Origin: Mytilus trossulus
Lineage: Eukaryota
NCBI RefSeq assembly: GCF_036588685.1
Contig: NC_086375.1
Coordinates: 89,094,001 to 89,158,000 of the forward strand
Direction of reading: 5' to 3'
Length of the DNA stretch: 64,000 nucleotides
Shown here: positions 62,448 to 64,000 of the stretch, one piece after another
Layout of the letters: each line of letters begins with the position of its first letter
Numbering within the stretch: position 1 is the first letter of the stretch
Made by a program: the position numbers and the translations under genes
The notes under the pieces: generated by a model
What the model was told of the DNA's origin: nothing
Database searches by the model: none
The model's input: the letters and a program-made list of their open reading frames with translations, nothing else

Positions 62448-63821
62448 TTAACGCCTTTTAGGACAGGTTGGAACGCGTGACTGTATATAAGTTTCAACAG
62501 GTTGTTCAATAGTTTCACAAGTCCCAAGAAATGTTTTTGCGGGGAGACGGGAATTTAATATCCACGTCAAATCACAGGTGCATTCGATAAGACAATGAGA
62601 CAAGTCTAAAGTCGTAAGCGCGGGGGTATTTAAGATTGCTCTCGGAATCTGAGTCATGGCTGTGGATGAGAAATCAATTACTCCTAATTTCGGCAATGAC
62701 TGGAATGCTTCCGTAGAAATGTATGCCAGAGGGTTGTGAGAGACGTTCAAGTGAGTAATAGTTGTCTGGTTACTCATATCATACCGCTCAATACTTTGTA
62801 TATTATTGTTCGATACATCAAGCTCTGCCATGCTGGGTAGTTTAAGTAAAGCTTGTGGTATTCTGTCAAGATGGCATCCACTTAACCCCATTTTTGTAAT
62901 AGAAGCATTAATCAGAAGTGATAGCGCATCATCGGCGACGTACCATAAGCTGTTCCTACCCATATTTAAGTCTTTAAGATTAACAAGATTTCTCAAAACT
63001 GCAGGAAATCGCGATAATCCGTCATTTTGAAGACTTAACACGCGAAGTGGACTAGTTGTATGAGTTAATGTGGCAAAAGCTTGCGCAAAAATTCCACTGT
63101 CATGTACAAAAACATTATCATCAAAATATAGTTCTTGAAGCTGCGTTAGTTGTGATATTGCCAGTGGTATTTGTCTAAGCTGTGTGTGTGATATGTGCAA
63201 CTTTTCTAATGTGTGTTCAAACCCATGAAATCCATCATAGGGTATATTGGCTAGATATCCTCCTTCATAGTTCAAGGTATTTAATTTCGGGAAATGGGTT
63301 AAGGCAACTCTCGGCCAAGTGGCAATGTTTTTTCCTCCAAAGTGAAATTCTGTTATAGAGTCCCCGATTAGACGGAAAACATTATCAGTAGGACCTCTAT
63401 CCAACGTTGTTCCATCTGGAAAATCGTTCTCCTTCAGGTCTAAATACGACAGCTTATTCAATTTACCAATATCCTGGGCATGTGACAAATCCGTCAAATT
63501 ATTATTTCTAAGTGTGAGTTTTGTAAGGGTATCGTAAACAGCATCAAATGCGCCATCCTGAATGGATGTTATCCGATTCTGATCTAAATTTATTTCTAAA
63601 TCTTTGTGTGTTAATCCATTAAATGCATGCGCTGAAATGTTTCTTAAGATATTGTTATTAAGGTTTACAGTTGTTATTGAACCAGGACTTGGGATAGATG
63701 TAAAATCTGGTAGTGAAGTAAGTCCTGAGTTTGAGCAATCGTACACACTTCCAATCGTTTTACATGCTCCTTCCACTCTCACAGTGTTACTCAACAACAC
63801 TAATACCAATAACAGCAACAT
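62448..63821 (-). CDS. Secreted leucine-rich repeat protein (LRR-3), ~457 aa from the ATG at 63821
   Basis: Acceptor ttttgtttcAG lies immediately before ATG 63821; SP MLLLLVLVLLSNTVRVEG. LRR array; CTC..C..C cap ending CPKRR; no TM. The ORF-track TTG start at 63830 is probably intronic. Confidence 0.92.
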   Translation of the reverse strand: MLLLLVLVLLSNTVRVEGACKTIGSVYDCSNSGLTSLPDFTSIPSPGSITTVNLNNNILRNISAHAFNGLTHKDLEINLDQNRITSIQDGAFDAVYDTLTKLTLRNNNLTDLSHAQDIGKLNKLSYLDLKENDFPDGTTLDRGPTDNVFRLIGDSITEFHFGGKNIATWPRVALTHFPKLNTLNYEGGYLANIPYDGFHGFEHTLEKLHISHTQLRQIPLAISQLTQLQELYFDDNVFVHDSGIFAQAFATLTHTTSPLRVLSLQNDGLSRFPAVLRNLVNLKDLNMGRNSLWYVADDALSLLINASITKMGLSGCHLDRIPQALLKLPSMAELDVSNNNIQSIERYDMSNQTTITHLNVSHNPLAYISTEAFQSLPKLGVIDFSSTAMTQIPRAILNTPALTTLDLSHCLIECTCDLTWILNSRLPAKTFLGTCETIEQPVETYIQSRVPTCPKRR

Positions 63822-64000
63822 CTGAAACAAAATGTTTGATATAAATAATTACTGAACTAACATACCGATCAGTATAGCAGAATTCATAACCACTATTGTG
63901 TTGATATCTGCATCGTTTTTGAAAATGCTGAAAAAGTACTCGAACTCATTTACACTGTGTAAAGTGTAGTAAGTAATAAAGGGGTTTCATATAAAAAGAG

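Overview
AT-rich, repeat-dense eukaryotic genomic DNA with spliceosomal introns; the repeat content suggests a bivalve mollusc, probably Mytilus-like (inference). I read five protein-coding genes. Three are paralogous secreted LRR-only proteins (signal peptide, LRRNT, LRRs, Cys-rich cap; no TM, no TIR) at 20.3-21.7 kb (-), 30.4-33.1 kb (+) and 62.4-63.8 kb (-). Between them lie two tandem six-exon type I membrane receptor genes that the ORF track shows only as fragments (36495-42846 and 46174-50901, both -). Each has a signal peptide, one WSC domain, a 27-bp microexon, a TM helix and a long non-catalytic tail rich in Tyr/SH2 motifs. The most interesting hypothesis is a candidate innate-recognition cluster of soluble LRR proteins plus WSC glycan-binding signalling receptors. 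The rest is mobile or repetitive DNA: a decayed Academ-type transposon inside a 31-bp satellite, two back-to-back L1/Tx1 LINE remnants, hAT, Harbinger and Kolobok-like non-autonomous elements, fold-back elements, Penelope-like RT debris and several minisatellites. No CRISPR, rRNA or tRNA was seen. Gene models were built by eye, without transcript data.
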